Positions 21,200 to 32,751 are shown, counted from the stretch's first letter. The stretch: DNA of 64,000 nucleotides from a virus (IMGVR_UViG_3300037067_004891:128001-192000), one strand, 5' to 3'. Notes: a model not told the origin generated them from the letters alone. Translations and numbers: made by a program.

Positions 21200-23662
21200 T
21201 TATATGCCCAAAGATGTACTAACATTAGATGCTTTTTCTACTTTTTCCATTTTAGCCATCCAAGCATCCATTTTTTCACTAATTTCTTTCAAAATTGTAA
21301 CACTTTCATTCTTTTCAGATATTGTAGTTTGGGTGGTATTAACTGTTGTGCCACCAACAGGTGAAGTAGATACCCCACCAGACTTAGCGTTCAATATATC
21401 TTGTATTAATGAAGAACCTTGTTCATCAAATACAGTATACAATTCTTTTCTTTTATCATTTAAAGTTTCAATTACATCATTCAGTTTCGTTTCATCAATA
21501 ATTGATAATATCATAACTCCTTTAGAAAGTTGATTTAATTTATCAACATTTTTTGAATTTAAATCATCTAATGCACTGCTTAAATTCTTAATAGCACCAG
21601 CTAAAAATAGAATTGGCATAATATTTACTACTCCCAATAATGCCATTTTATTCAAATTTGTTGTAATTGCATTTAACCCATCTGCTTTGTTTTTATCTGG
21701 TAAATTTTGGAAGATATCTATAAGTGTTCTAATATTATCAATCCAAACTACATTAGGATTATTAAATAATTCAGCATGTTCATTAAAAAGTTTAGCCATA
21801 TTAACAATTTCTCTTGCTAACAATGATACTTTTAACATATCAAGAATACCTGCTGGCATTGTAGATATATATTTTCCAAACATTGTTAATGAACCACCTA
21901 CACCATTAACCCAATTTATTGATGGAAAATTTTCAAAATTCGTTTTGGAAAATAAATCATTTATTGAAAGCATCATACTAATCAAACCCATAACAATAAA
22001 TGAACCACCTATTAATGAGAACGCCCCCAATTTCATGATATCGGTCATTATCGAACCAAAAGATACTATTGCAGCATTAACACCTTGTACCCAATTAATA
22101 GCAGGATATTTTTCAAATGTATTACTTGAAAAAACTCGTGATATATTTACCATCATACCAACAATACCCATAATAGCACCAGCACCAGCTAATAATAATA
22201 AACCACCAATACCTAATGTTGCCATTATTAATGTACCAAGTGCAATCATAGGCACTATGAATGTTAATAGTGATAAACCAACTCCAGCAGCCCATTTAAC
22301 AGATGGATATTTTTCCCAATTTCCAAGAGATAATAAATGACTAACTGCCACCATAGATAATGCAACACCAATTACAGATAATAATCCAAATCCAATTGCC
22401 ACCAAACCAACACCTGAAGTTGCTATTAAACCAAGAATGACAACAGATGGCACAAAAGATAATAGTGATAAACCAACTCCAGCAGCCCAATCAACCGAAG
22501 GATATTTACTATAATTTCCAACACTTAATATATGACTTGCTACCATAATAGTACTTGAAATCACTATGATTGCCAATGCTCCCATAAATAAGGATTCTAT
22601 ATCTAATTTTAATTTTGATAATAAATAAAATGCTGGAACTATTGCTAATACAGAAATACCAATTGCAAGACTTGTTAATACAAGCCCAACAACATCATTA
22701 ATTGGTTGTAATGATTGAAACAAATAACTTGCACCAACAATAGTAGCTGCTAATATTGGTACTGCTAATGCTGTGAACAATATAGATTTCCAATCAGCTC
22801 CTTTTAAGCCCTTTGCCATTAATGAAAAAGCAAAAGATATTGGTATTAATGCAACACCAACAAAAACAGCCGTAATAAGTTGACCTATACTCATTGGTTT
22901 CATTGTTTCAAAGGCTTTAGCTGCACCTGCAACACCCATTGCTATAGCAGGTATTAAAATTGGTATTACAGCGACCATCCAAATATTTTTTGGATCAAAC
23001 GAATTCAAACCTTTCATTAATCCCCATGACACTAAACCCATAGTCAAACCAACTGCCACCGCAGTCAATAATTGCATTGGTGCTAAATCTGGCATAGATT
23101 CAAGTATTTTACTGGCTGCCAATATAGATATTGACATTGTAATTAATATAGCATTCATTACTAATATATTTTTCCAATTCATTCCTTTCATTTGAGACAT
23201 TTCTGAATATGTTTTGGACATTATTAATAATGCAACACTTAAACCTATAACAGAAAGAAAATCAACTTTTCCTATTATTTTGAAAGCCATTCCAACAGCT
23301 AAAATTCCACCAGCTATTAAAGTAACTACTTTTATACCATCAACAATTTTATTTTTATTTTCGGGATTCTCTATGTTATTGAACATACCAGCTTCTTTAG
23401 CTTTTCTGGCATCTTTTACTTCTGTTAATATTTTTTCAGTATTATTTTCAATTCTCATTGATGTATTTTTGATTTCTTCTAAATCTTCGACAATTTTGGT
23501 AATTTTTTCAGTATCCATGTTACCCAACATAGTATTAACTGTGTCAGTAGACCCAGCTTGACCACCTTGTTTATGTTGTTCTTTTAGTATTTCTACTAAA
23601 TTTTCTAAGGAATCACTAAAATTTTGTAAATTATTAATATACTTTTCGTCAAGTGTAGACAT
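21200..23662 (-). CDS. Tape-measure-like hydrophobic repeat protein
   Basis: 820 aa, Ala/Gly/Leu-rich, four (Y/F)P(S/A)(V/I)xW repeats, coiled-coil ends. Confidence 0.55.
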   Translation of the reverse strand: MSTLDEKYINNLQNFSDSLENLVEILKEQHKQGGQAGSTDTVNTMLGNMDTEKITKIVEDLEEIKNTSMRIENNTEKILTEVKDARKAKEAGMFNNIENPENKNKIVDGIKVVTLIAGGILAVGMAFKIIGKVDFLSVIGLSVALLIMSKTYSEMSQMKGMNWKNILVMNAILITMSISILAASKILESMPDLAPMQLLTAVAVGLTMGLVSWGLMKGLNSFDPKNIWMVAVIPILIPAIAMGVAGAAKAFETMKPMSIGQLITAVFVGVALIPISFAFSLMAKGLKGADWKSILFTALAVPILAATIVGASYLFQSLQPINDVVGLVLTSLAIGISVLAIVPAFYLLSKLKLDIESLFMGALAIIVISSTIMVASHILSVGNYSKYPSVDWAAGVGLSLLSFVPSVVILGLIATSGVGLVAIGFGLLSVIGVALSMVAVSHLLSLGNWEKYPSVKWAAGVGLSLLTFIVPMIALGTLIMATLGIGGLLLLAGAGAIMGIVGMMVNISRVFSSNTFEKYPAINWVQGVNAAIVSFGSIMTDIMKLGAFSLIGGSFIVMGLISMMLSINDLFSKTNFENFPSINWVNGVGGSLTMFGKYISTMPAGILDMLKVSLLAREIVNMAKLFNEHAELFNNPNVVWIDNIRTLIDIFQNLPDKNKADGLNAITTNLNKMALLGVVNIMPILFLAGAIKNLSSALDDLNSKNVDKLNQLSKGVMILSIIDETKLNDVIETLNDKRKELYTVFDEQGSSLIQDILNAKSGGVSTSPVGGTTVNTTQTTISEKNESVTILKEISEKMDAWMAKMEKVEKASNVSTSLGI

Positions 23663-23669
23663 TTGTAAA

Positions 23670-23996
23670 TTAAATTTTTAATTTTTTCAATTCTTCACTA
23701 AATAATAAAATAGAATCTTCTAAACTTTTTATATCTATTTTAAATTTATCTATTTTTTCTTTTAAAAGTTTTTGATTTTCTTCACTGAAATCATCAGTTT
23801 GCATTTTTTCTAATCTACCAACTTCTGTTTCAAGCTCAATTTTTTTTGTTTCAATTACTTTCTTAATATCTTCAATTTTATTTTGAATATTTTCAACGTC
23901 TTTTTTCTGATCTTCCACATCAATAACTTGAGCTAAATCATCTTTTACAGTATCTGCTATATCTTCATTAATGAATGATTTAAAATTTTTTATCAT
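23670..23996 (-). CDS. Coiled-coil putative virion protein
   Basis: MIKNFKSFINE motif. Confidence 0.55.
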   Translation of the reverse strand: MIKNFKSFINEDIADTVKDDLAQVIDVEDQKKDVENIQNKIEDIKKVIETKKIELETEVGRLEKMQTDDFSEENQKLLKEKIDKFKIDIKSLEDSILLFSEELKKLKI

Positions 23997-26131
23997 TATA
24001 TTGCGCTTAATTTTTGAAAATACATTTTAATTTCATTAGTGAAATTATTAATAATATTAGTATTGATTTTATTCTTTGTTACATAGTTACCACTTATTGT
24101 TTTAGGAATACCAAAAACAGGAAACATATCTACAGATATAATATTCAATTTATTTTTGTATAAATTATCATTCATTATAGCTTTTGATATGATATCTGAT
24201 GTTGTTGCTTCTTGTTGTTTATTAGTTAATGTAGGCACAAATACTTCATCTTTACCATTTACTTTCAACATGTTAAAAACATGAATTTCATTCGAAGTAA
24301 ATAATGTTGTTACTGGAAATTTTAATTTATTTTTGAAAATAAAATATGATGTATAATCAGGAACATTTTTTATACTACTTGTTTCACCAGATTCCATATT
24401 AAATGTTGTACCAATTAAAAATTGAATCAAATTAATATCTTTGGTGTTTTTTAATTTATTATTCGACACATCATAATTATCCATAAAATCTTTACTATAT
24501 GTATCAATTATACATAATGCATCAAATCCAGCTATATTCATATATTTGACGGCAACCATAGATTCGTACTCAGTTATACGTTTACTTCTTAATGCCCATT
24601 TTAAATTTAACATATACAACTCATTAATACCTTTACCTCTAAGATATTCAGCCGTAACTTGGGTTTCAGAAAGTCCCAATCTTTTTACTCTTTCTGCTAC
24701 ACCATTAGCAGTAGCTAATCCAGTGTGTGTTGCTTCAATACTTTTTTTACTTTCTTCTGATGTAGTATCTTTTTGTTCTTTATTCAAAGCAAAATCTTGT
24801 GAAAATGGATTGGCTTTATTTATATTAACTAAATCATTAAATCTTGACAATGCTTTATAAACATCCTTTTTCCAAGTGTTTTCAAGTGTTTTATCAATCG
24901 TACCATCACTCTTTATATACTGTCTTTCAGCTAATAAATGATAAGCGTATAACTTACTTAAATTTATTTTCTGAGTAGCAGATTCTTTGTTTATTTTATT
25001 CTTTTGTTGAAGAGTTAATTCTTCAATTTGTTTATTAATATTTTTAGTACCACCCATTAGAGCTTCATTTATCATTTCATCTTCCAAATAATATACAGAT
25101 TCACCAGTCGAATTATTATCTGTCGAAATTATTTTATTTTTAATATTTTTTGAAGCTGGTATAATTTTACCATCTTCAACTGTGTCAAAATCTCCATCAC
25201 CTTTGGTTTGAATATCCTCTGAACCTTTTATTTTTTGTGTATCTTGTTTCTGTATTGGTTGTAATGTTTCTAAATCAACTTGTTTACCATTTATAAATAA
25301 TTCGCCACTACCAGTTAACTTTCCACCCAATTTACTTATTTTTTCTCTTAATTTAATATATTTGAATTTCATTAATAATAAATCCGATTGATCATATATA
25401 ATACTCAATTTTGTTGATTTTAATTTATTCTTTTTAATTTCTAAATCATTCAATATTTTTTTATCGGTAGGTTTTGTCAATTCTAATTTTTTTATTTCCT
25501 CTGTTTGATTATTATATGCGGTTATTTTACTATTTATAGTGTTCGATTTGTGTCCTATATTATCACTCTTTAATACATCTTGAAATATATCATCTTTTAT
25601 TAAATCAGTTATTGTTGTTGGTTCATTTATATGACTTAATATTTCATCACCTCTTTTATCAACATCTATATTACCCTTTGTACCATCATTATTTTCAACA
25701 GATATTTTTTTTAATTCTAATTTTTTGTCACCATAAGTAAACACAAAACGATCTGTGGATTTATTTGCATCATTAGTATTATTTTCAATATCAGATGTTG
25801 TATCTGTTGTTTCAGTTGGATTCGTTTCAGTTGGATTCGTTTCAGTTGGATTCGTTTCAGTTGGACTCGTTTCAGTTGGACTCGTTTCAGTTGACCCACT
25901 CATTTTAGTTGTTCCAGATAAATATTCTTCAACACCTTCCAATACAACACTCTTAATGTTTCTAATAGAATGTAAAAAAACACCATTTGCAAATCCGTTA
26001 CTAAATAATTTTAAAATACCACCAACAGCTTTTCCCAATAAACTTTCGCTCCATGTTGTATCATTAGTGAACTCTTTGGCTTCTTTTATTTGTATAAAAT
26101 CTTTGAAACTTGTTAAATTTTTAAATTCCAT
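23996..26131 (-). CDS. Large putative virion/internal protein
   Basis: 711 aa, LTSFKDF..E motif, internal MINE, TET(S/N)P repeat. Confidence 0.55.
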   Translation of the reverse strand: MEFKNLTSFKDFIQIKEAKEFTNDTTWSESLLGKAVGGILKLFSNGFANGVFLHSIRNIKSVVLEGVEEYLSGTTKMSGSTETSPTETSPTETNPTETNPTETNPTETTDTTSDIENNTNDANKSTDRFVFTYGDKKLELKKISVENNDGTKGNIDVDKRGDEILSHINEPTTITDLIKDDIFQDVLKSDNIGHKSNTINSKITAYNNQTEEIKKLELTKPTDKKILNDLEIKKNKLKSTKLSIIYDQSDLLLMKFKYIKLREKISKLGGKLTGSGELFINGKQVDLETLQPIQKQDTQKIKGSEDIQTKGDGDFDTVEDGKIIPASKNIKNKIISTDNNSTGESVYYLEDEMINEALMGGTKNINKQIEELTLQQKNKINKESATQKINLSKLYAYHLLAERQYIKSDGTIDKTLENTWKKDVYKALSRFNDLVNINKANPFSQDFALNKEQKDTTSEESKKSIEATHTGLATANGVAERVKRLGLSETQVTAEYLRGKGINELYMLNLKWALRSKRITEYESMVAVKYMNIAGFDALCIIDTYSKDFMDNYDVSNNKLKNTKDINLIQFLIGTTFNMESGETSSIKNVPDYTSYFIFKNKLKFPVTTLFTSNEIHVFNMLKVNGKDEVFVPTLTNKQQEATTSDIISKAIMNDNLYKNKLNIISVDMFPVFGIPKTISGNYVTKNKINTNIINNFTNEIKMYFQKLSAI
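25809..25893. repeat. 15-bp coding tandem repeat, about 5.7 copies (TETSP/TETNP)
   Basis: GTTTCAGTTGGATTC x3, GTTTCAGTTGGACTC x2, plus a partial copy. Confidence 0.95.
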
Positions 26132-26136
26132 TTTTA

Positions 26137-26829
26137 TTATTCTTTAATTTTTATTCTTAAACCATGATAAGAGTATTTAATAGAATATAGTTCAAAATAG
26201 TTGTCATAAAAGACAGGTGAATAATATGATTTTTCACTATCATATAATAATTTGCCATTATAAAATAATATAATTTTTTTCCCAATATAACTATCATAAA
26301 GTTTTTTCCCAAATAAACCCTCGGCTTGAAGTGGTTGAGATGGTTTATCTATAATTAATTTATCTTTTTTAGATGAATTATAATGATAAACTTCTGTAAC
26401 AACATCAATTTCATTTTTTATATTTTCATTTTCAATTTTTTCTTCTACAATTTCTAATTTAGTTGTAGTTACATCAATAATAGTTTCTATTATTTTATCT
26501 GGTTCTTCTATTATTTGTTTTTTTTGTTCTTCGAAAATGTCATCATCATCAATCATAACTTCTGCTTCAATTTCCCTAATAAAATCACTAATACCATTGT
26601 CAATTTCAATTTCAACATTTGCTTTTTTCGATTCTATTGGTTTTTTAACCAAATTTTTGATAATTTTTTGTTCTATTTCTTCTTCAACAGTTTTTTCTTC
26701 AATAATCACTTGAATCGGAGTTTTAATAATATTTTTATTTTCATCAAGAGATTCAACCATCTTTTCTTTTACAACGATTTTCTTTGATGGGATTTTAACT
26801 TCTTCTTCTTTAATTGTTTTTTTCGACAT
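26137..26829 (-). CDS. Hypothetical Glu/Lys-rich protein
   Basis: 230-aa ORF, TAATATATA upstream on the minus strand. Confidence 0.6.
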   Translation of the reverse strand: MSKKTIKEEEVKIPSKKIVVKEKMVESLDENKNIIKTPIQVIIEEKTVEEEIEQKIIKNLVKKPIESKKANVEIEIDNGISDFIREIEAEVMIDDDDIFEEQKKQIIEEPDKIIETIIDVTTTKLEIVEEKIENENIKNEIDVVTEVYHYNSSKKDKLIIDKPSQPLQAEGLFGKKLYDSYIGKKIILFYNGKLLYDSEKSYYSPVFYDNYFELYSIKYSYHGLRIKIKE

Positions 26830-26900
26830 TTTTATAATTTTTTATTCATTTACTTATATATTAAAAAAAGATGATTGATTTTTAATATATATATATTACT

Positions 26901-27665
26901 ATGAAAATAATATCATATAACAAATATTCATACTTAAAAGAAAATTTTAATTTTTTAAATGAAAATTCTGAATTTAATCAATATCAATTTGGCATAGAAC
27001 CACATGGTATTGGACCAGGATATGGATTTGCATCCGATCCTCAAATATCAATATATTCTGATGATTCATCACCATATAGAGATAATTATTCACGATCATC
27101 ACAGATGGCTAATGATATATTCAGAATACTTAATAGTATGGGCGGTATAATAGCAAAATCGGTGTGCATTGATATGTTCATTGAAGAAATAGACGAATAT
27201 ACCAATTTTAAAATTCTTAGAATTTTCGTCAATGAAAAAAATTTAATAGATATTTATTTGTCTTTTGATTTACAAGGGGAAGAATATTTTGCTAAATATA
27301 AAGATTATAATGGTCTAAATAAACCACCAAAAATAACATCAGATTTATTCACTGATATACGATATAGACATATAGATAGAGAATATTATTTGAAACTTAA
27401 TAATTATATTTACAAAATTATTTCTAACTGGTTTATACCAGACAAGGGGTTTTATAAAAATTTAAAAAACGACCTCAATATTAAAAACAAAATGGGGGAA
27501 AATATACACCTGAAAGAAGGTACTATCATACGTGTTCTTGGATATGATATGGACAATGATATTCAACCATATTTGGTTTTAATATATAAAGATGAAAAAT
27601 ATACATTAGAAAAAAATAATTTTTTTTATTTCAAATATTGGTTTGAATCAGTTGATAATATTTAA
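26901..27665 (+). CDS. Hypothetical putative virion protein
   Basis: N-terminal LKENFNFLNE motif, TAATATATA upstream. Confidence 0.55.
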   Translation: MKIISYNKYSYLKENFNFLNENSEFNQYQFGIEPHGIGPGYGFASDPQISIYSDDSSPYRDNYSRSSQMANDIFRILNSMGGIIAKSVCIDMFIEEIDEYTNFKILRIFVNEKNLIDIYLSFDLQGEEYFAKYKDYNGLNKPPKITSDLFTDIRYRHIDREYYLKLNNYIYKIISNWFIPDKGFYKNLKNDLNIKNKMGENIHLKEGTIIRVLGYDMDNDIQPYLVLIYKDEKYTLEKNNFFYFKYWFESVDNI

Positions 27666-27672
27666 ATTATAT

Positions 27673-29241
27673 CTAATCCATTATAATATTAGCTATTTTT
27701 TTCTTTCTAATACTTATTTTGATATCTTTTAAAAAAGTATCATCATATAATTTACTATTCGAAGTTATGAATTTATTGATTTGTTGTATGGTTTCATCTA
27801 ATATTTTGGATTGTTGATGTTCTAAAATGAGTAGAACTATATACAGACTATGACTTTCTAATAATTTTGATATAATATAATGTGTGTATTTAGCAATGTT
27901 AAAAATTTCTCTTTCTAAGCAATAATGTATAATATATTGTCCCTTAGTACTTAATTGCTGTATATAAAAAGTATCCTCTGGAATTTTATAATTCGGATAT
28001 TTGTATAATAACATATCGAAGATATCAGTTTTATTTAATGTGATCGCTTCATATGCTATATAATTAGTATCATTTATACCATCATTATTTATATATGCTT
28101 GAACCAAATCGAGTTGTAGTGGGTCTGTGTGAAATATTTTGTTTCTAAATATATCACGAATTTTATCATCAATTTTTAAAACTGTGTTTTGTAAAATAAT
28201 AAATATTGTGTTATTATTTAATTTTTTTGAAAAATTATTTAACAAATAATTTTCATCTCTATAAATATTAATTTTTTTGGATTTTGCAAACACATTCAAA
28301 ATATCATCAACATTATTATTATCTATCACACTTTTTAGTGTATCAAAAATAACATCACCATTTACACAATCATATATTAATAGAGATTTAAATATTTTAT
28401 AAGATTTTTTGAGTATTGTTTTTAAAGCAATCGAAACATAATCTTCTTTAACATTGATTAAATTTTTATCTACAAAACATTCAAATGCAACATTAGAATT
28501 AGAATTATAAATTGATCTTAAAGTTTTATTTATGTTAATAAGTTTAAAAATTTTTTCGTCATTTATTAAATATAATAACGCCTTGATGTTATTGAAAAAT
28601 ATAGCAGTGTTAACAAAATTATTAATTGTTTTTTTATTAATAGTTAGCACACTGCTGTTAAAAACACTTTTATCATTTAATATAGTTTTGAATATTTCAA
28701 ATTCATCACTTTTTGAAAGTACTCTTTCTATATATCTGATTTTTGATACTTTTGATAATCTTGGACTTAAAAATAGTGGTTTTATAATATCAAAATTTAT
28801 ATGTTTTTTCTCTGATACATATTCAAAAATATAATAGTGATATTTTTCATCATCAATTAAAAATCTATTGTCATTTATGATAAGATTTATTAAAAATGCT
28901 TTATTTAATTTTATAGCAGTATTATATAAAAACCAAAGATTGTCATTGATATTGTTTCGTTCTTCTGTGTGTATATCTGTATGAAATAAATATTTTTCTG
29001 TATTAATATAGCTAAGGTCTTTTATTAAAACATTTTCATTTTTATAAGATTTAATATAAATATGTTCGACTAAATCATCATTATTAGATTCATATAAACA
29101 AATATTTAAAAATTCATAAGAATATAAATAGCGTTCCCCAATTATTTCTTTTAAAATAATTATACGTTCATCAAGTGGTTTAAATGATAAATTCCGTATT
29201 ATTACATTTATTAATGCAGTAGAAAATATAAGATTTGTCAT
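27673..29241 (-). CDS. Helical-repeat (ankyrin-like?) protein
   Basis: Recurrent A(I/L)xxNxxxxxxxL(L/I) segments; C-terminal RKKKIANI tag. Confidence 0.45.
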   Translation of the reverse strand: MTNLIFSTALINVIIRNLSFKPLDERIIILKEIIGERYLYSYEFLNICLYESNNDDLVEHIYIKSYKNENVLIKDLSYINTEKYLFHTDIHTEERNNINDNLWFLYNTAIKLNKAFLINLIINDNRFLIDDEKYHYYIFEYVSEKKHINFDIIKPLFLSPRLSKVSKIRYIERVLSKSDEFEIFKTILNDKSVFNSSVLTINKKTINNFVNTAIFFNNIKALLYLINDEKIFKLININKTLRSIYNSNSNVAFECFVDKNLINVKEDYVSIALKTILKKSYKIFKSLLIYDCVNGDVIFDTLKSVIDNNNVDDILNVFAKSKKINIYRDENYLLNNFSKKLNNNTIFIILQNTVLKIDDKIRDIFRNKIFHTDPLQLDLVQAYINNDGINDTNYIAYEAITLNKTDIFDMLLYKYPNYKIPEDTFYIQQLSTKGQYIIHYCLEREIFNIAKYTHYIISKLLESHSLYIVLLILEHQQSKILDETIQQINKFITSNSKLYDDTFLKDIKISIRKKKIANIIMD

Positions 29242-29339
29242 AAATATTCAAATATATTCAACAAATATAATGAAAAGAATTGAATGAAAAAGTATTGAGT
29301 CTGACAAATTTAATATATAATTGAAAAATTTCGTAATAC

Positions 29340-30521
29340 GTGAAATGGAATTATGCAAATTGTAAAAAAGAAGCCAATAAATACAATTATAAAACAGATT
29401 TTATAAAAAACTCTAAAAGTGCTTATAATTCAGCTATTAGAAATGGTTGGTTAAATGAAATATGTTATCATATGAATAAAATAGGTAACCGATTTTTTAG
29501 GTGTATATATGTCTGGGAATTTGAAGATAATTCTGCATATGTTGGTTTAACTTACAATATAATTAAAAGAACAATTGAGCATAAAACTGAAAAAGACAGT
29601 CCAGTGTATAAAAAATTAAAATATTCAAAAGGATTTTGTACACAATTAACTGATTATATACCATTAAAAGATGCAATAAAAAGTGAAATATTTTTTATTG
29701 AAAAATATAAAAAGAACTGGAATGTTTTAAATAAAAATAAAGGTGGCAGTTTAGGTTCATCTTATTTTGAATGCACGGTGGAAGATTGTATAAAATATGC
29801 GTTATCGTGTAGAACTAAAGCAGAATTTCAAAAAAAGTATAAAAAATATTACAATTATAGTGTAGCAGTCGATATTTACAATACTTTATTTGACCATTTA
29901 AATTATTCCAAAAATAATTCTGGTTATTGGTCAAAAGAAAAATGTCATGAAGTTGCACTAAAATGTAAAAACAATAAAGAATTCGAAATTAAATATTCAA
30001 GCGCATATGTTATAGCCAGAAAGAAAAAATGGTTTAATGAAATAACAACACATTTTATTGAAATTAAAAAACCTCAAAAATTCTGGTCGATAGAAAAAAG
30101 TTTAGAAATAGCTAAAACATATTCAAGTAGAAGTGAATTGAAGAAAAAATACTATCAAGCATATTTTATTTTGAAAAACAATAAATTATTAGATGGTATA
30201 TTCGGTAAGAATGAAAATAATAAACCTAATTCCTTAACTAAAGGAATATGTCACGAATACGCTCTTAAATGTCAAAATAGAGGTGAATTTCAGAAAAAAT
30301 ATAAAACATATTATAGTAAAAGTTTAAAAAATAATTGGATAAACGACATATGTTCTCATATGACAACAATTAAAAAAGATAAAGGATTCTGGACAATTGA
30401 AAAAGCTGTAGAAATCGCTAATATTTGTGAAAATAAAAAAGAATTAAGAATAAAATATAGTAGAGCATATAATTTATTATTGCAAAATAATTTGGTACAG
30501 ACTATAATGTTTAAAAATTAA
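29340..30521 (+). CDS. GIY-YIG homing endonuclease with C-terminal helical repeats
   Basis: CIYVWEFEDNSAYVGLT..R..H, E..I..Y, LNKNKGG; repeated W...C..xAxK.....F...Y..AY..A....W. Confidence 0.8.
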   Translation: MKWNYANCKKEANKYNYKTDFIKNSKSAYNSAIRNGWLNEICYHMNKIGNRFFRCIYVWEFEDNSAYVGLTYNIIKRTIEHKTEKDSPVYKKLKYSKGFCTQLTDYIPLKDAIKSEIFFIEKYKKNWNVLNKNKGGSLGSSYFECTVEDCIKYALSCRTKAEFQKKYKKYYNYSVAVDIYNTLFDHLNYSKNNSGYWSKEKCHEVALKCKNNKEFEIKYSSAYVIARKKKWFNEITTHFIEIKKPQKFWSIEKSLEIAKTYSSRSELKKKYYQAYFILKNNKLLDGIFGKNENNKPNSLTKGICHEYALKCQNRGEFQKKYKTYYSKSLKNNWINDICSHMTTIKKDKGFWTIEKAVEIANICENKKELRIKYSRAYNLLLQNNLVQTIMFKN

Positions 30522-31414
30522 CGTTTACCAACAAAATTATAAAGTTGAAATTCAACTTGACCCTTTATATTCTTTTTGTATGTAAGTTCAGAAGCAAAAG
30601 ATGAGAATATAGTTTTATATGAACCTAATAATTTTTTATCTTCGAAAAGCTTAACTGTTCTACCAGGTGTACCCAATGCTCCAGCAACTGCAATATATTC
30701 ATTTCCAAACACACTTTTCAAGAATGTAATCTTTAAACTCTTAACCTGTTTCTTATCCAACAATGTATTCTCCCACATATTTTTCATATTCAATATAGTA
30801 TTGGTATTCTTGACATCAATAGCAGTTGCTAATGCGTTTGATTTACCAGTTATTTCTTGTTCTTCGGCTTTTTGAATTTTATCAGCCTGTATTAATTTAT
30901 ATTGATTTTTTCTTATTTTATTGAAATCTGCTCTTGCTATTGTAGTTTCGGTCATTACTCGGTCATTCATCTTGTATCCTTTTGGTGGCATACGATAGAA
31001 TTCCCCAATAAATGTCATACTCTTTATATTAGAAGCTTTAAATAAACGCCAAACCTTCTTAGTATTTTTTCTTTCTTTTATTGAATAACCATCCATGTGG
31101 AATGCCCTAATCAGTAAATTACCAGTATTTTTATTTATACCCATCACGAGAGGGGCTATAACACGCTCTCGACCGCCCTTCCAAGAATCAGCTTCTCCAC
31201 GATACAATATACGGATCAACATACCATACTCAATAGCTTTAATCATTTTATCTCTATCAAATTTAATAGGGGTGTTTACAGGAAAATCTGGAATGAATTT
31301 ATCAATATTTACACCTTGAATAACATCTTCATTGAGTGTATTTTTTAGTGTATAGAATTCATCATACTTAATATCATTAATAAAATGTGGTCGAATAGAA
31401 TCTTGTAATAACAT
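30518..31414 (-). CDS. WYL-like domain protein
   Basis: I.Y.G...GRERVIAPLVMG...LIRAF...WRLFK..NI pattern. Confidence 0.55.
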   Translation of the reverse strand: MLLQDSIRPHFINDIKYDEFYTLKNTLNEDVIQGVNIDKFIPDFPVNTPIKFDRDKMIKAIEYGMLIRILYRGEADSWKGGRERVIAPLVMGINKNTGNLLIRAFHMDGYSIKERKNTKKVWRLFKASNIKSMTFIGEFYRMPPKGYKMNDRVMTETTIARADFNKIRKNQYKLIQADKIQKAEEQEITGKSNALATAIDVKNTNTILNMKNMWENTLLDKKQVKSLKITFLKSVFGNEYIAVAGALGTPGRTVKLFEDKKLLGSYKTIFSSFASELTYKKNIKGQVEFQLYNFVGKR

Positions 31415-31446
31415 TCAAAGTTTTGTTTTTACTATATATTAAAAAA

Positions 31447-32661
31447 TCATTTTATAATTGGAAATAAAACATCTAACCAATTATTTCTTCTTGCTGAATC
31501 ATAAGCTGCACTATATTTTAAATGAAATTCTTTACGACCATTACATTTAATGGATTTTTCTTTACAATTTTCCAAATTCCAAAAATTCTTTTTATTAACA
31601 ACTTTAATCATATGAAAACATATATTATCTAACCAATCATTTCTATAAGCTAAATTAAAAATATATTTATCATTTTTCCTAAAATCTTGTTTAAATTTAT
31701 ATTTTTTAGCTATACTGTTGCAATATTCTTTTGATAGTATATTACTTATATCAATTGGAAATAAGTCATCTAACCAATTATTTTTATATGCAATATTATA
31801 CGCACTACTACATTTTAAATGAAAAACTGTTCTTGTGTTATATTTTAATGATTCTTTTTTAATTTGAATATAATCCCAATATCCTTTTTTGTTTCTAATT
31901 TTATTCATGTGAAAACAAACAACATCTAACCACTTATTTGATAATGCAGCATCATACGCACCACTACTATACTTCGAGAAATCCATTCTATTGTTATATT
32001 TCAACGCTTCATTTTTAACATTTTCAAAACACCATTTATAATTATATGGTGTGGGTCGTGTCATATGAGAACAGATATTATCAATCCATTTATTTCTTAT
32101 TGTAGCTTGATATATGTTTTTATTTTTATATTTGAATTCGCTTCTATGTTTATATTTCAAAGCTTCTTTTGCACAAGTTTCAAATGTATATTTAAGTTCA
32201 CTTCCACCTAATGCACCAGCTTTTACCTTGTTTAAAACACTCCATCCATTGTTTTTATATTTTTCAATATAAAATGTTTCTAATTTTTGAGCTTCTTTTT
32301 TATCGATATATTCAGTTAATTTATAACAAATACCTAAACATGAAGATAACTGTTTATAAACTGAACTTCTTTTATCTACTGAATGATTATATTTTCGTTC
32401 TTCAAAATTATATGTTAAACCAATATATGCTGAGTTATCTTCAAATTCCCAAACATAAATACAACGTTTAACTCTATTACCAAGTATTAACATATGTGAA
32501 CATACGATGTCATACCACTTATTAGATTTTGCAGCACAGTACGCACCATTGCTATATTTTTTGAAATCTTTTTTATATTTATATTTTAGAGCTTCTTCTT
32601 TAACTCTTTCAAAATTCCAATAATACATTGGTTTATTAACTTTATTCATTAAAAACGTCAC
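31447..32661 (-). CDS. GIY-YIG homing endonuclease, paralog of 29340..30521
   Basis: CIYVWEFEDNSAYIGLTYN; same repeat architecture. Confidence 0.8.
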   Translation of the reverse strand: MTFLMNKVNKPMYYWNFERVKEEALKYKYKKDFKKYSNGAYCAAKSNKWYDIVCSHMLILGNRVKRCIYVWEFEDNSAYIGLTYNFEERKYNHSVDKRSSVYKQLSSCLGICYKLTEYIDKKEAQKLETFYIEKYKNNGWSVLNKVKAGALGGSELKYTFETCAKEALKYKHRSEFKYKNKNIYQATIRNKWIDNICSHMTRPTPYNYKWCFENVKNEALKYNNRMDFSKYSSGAYDAALSNKWLDVVCFHMNKIRNKKGYWDYIQIKKESLKYNTRTVFHLKCSSAYNIAYKNNWLDDLFPIDISNILSKEYCNSIAKKYKFKQDFRKNDKYIFNLAYRNDWLDNICFHMIKVVNKKNFWNLENCKEKSIKCNGRKEFHLKYSAAYDSARRNNWLDVLFPIIK

Positions 32662-32751
32662 ATTTTTTATTATATATAAAAATGTGACCAGTTCGTTCTA
32701 TTCTAAAATACTTTCAATAATATGGTTTCGTTTTATATTTTATGTATAAAA

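Noticed and set aside
21204-23561. Plus-strand ORFs overlapping the 820-aa gene, and similar antisense ORFs elsewhere
   Set aside because: Shadow frames of codon-biased genes, with no motifs.
25809-25893. CRISPR array
   Set aside because: Head-to-tail 15-bp units with no spacers, in-frame within a CDS.
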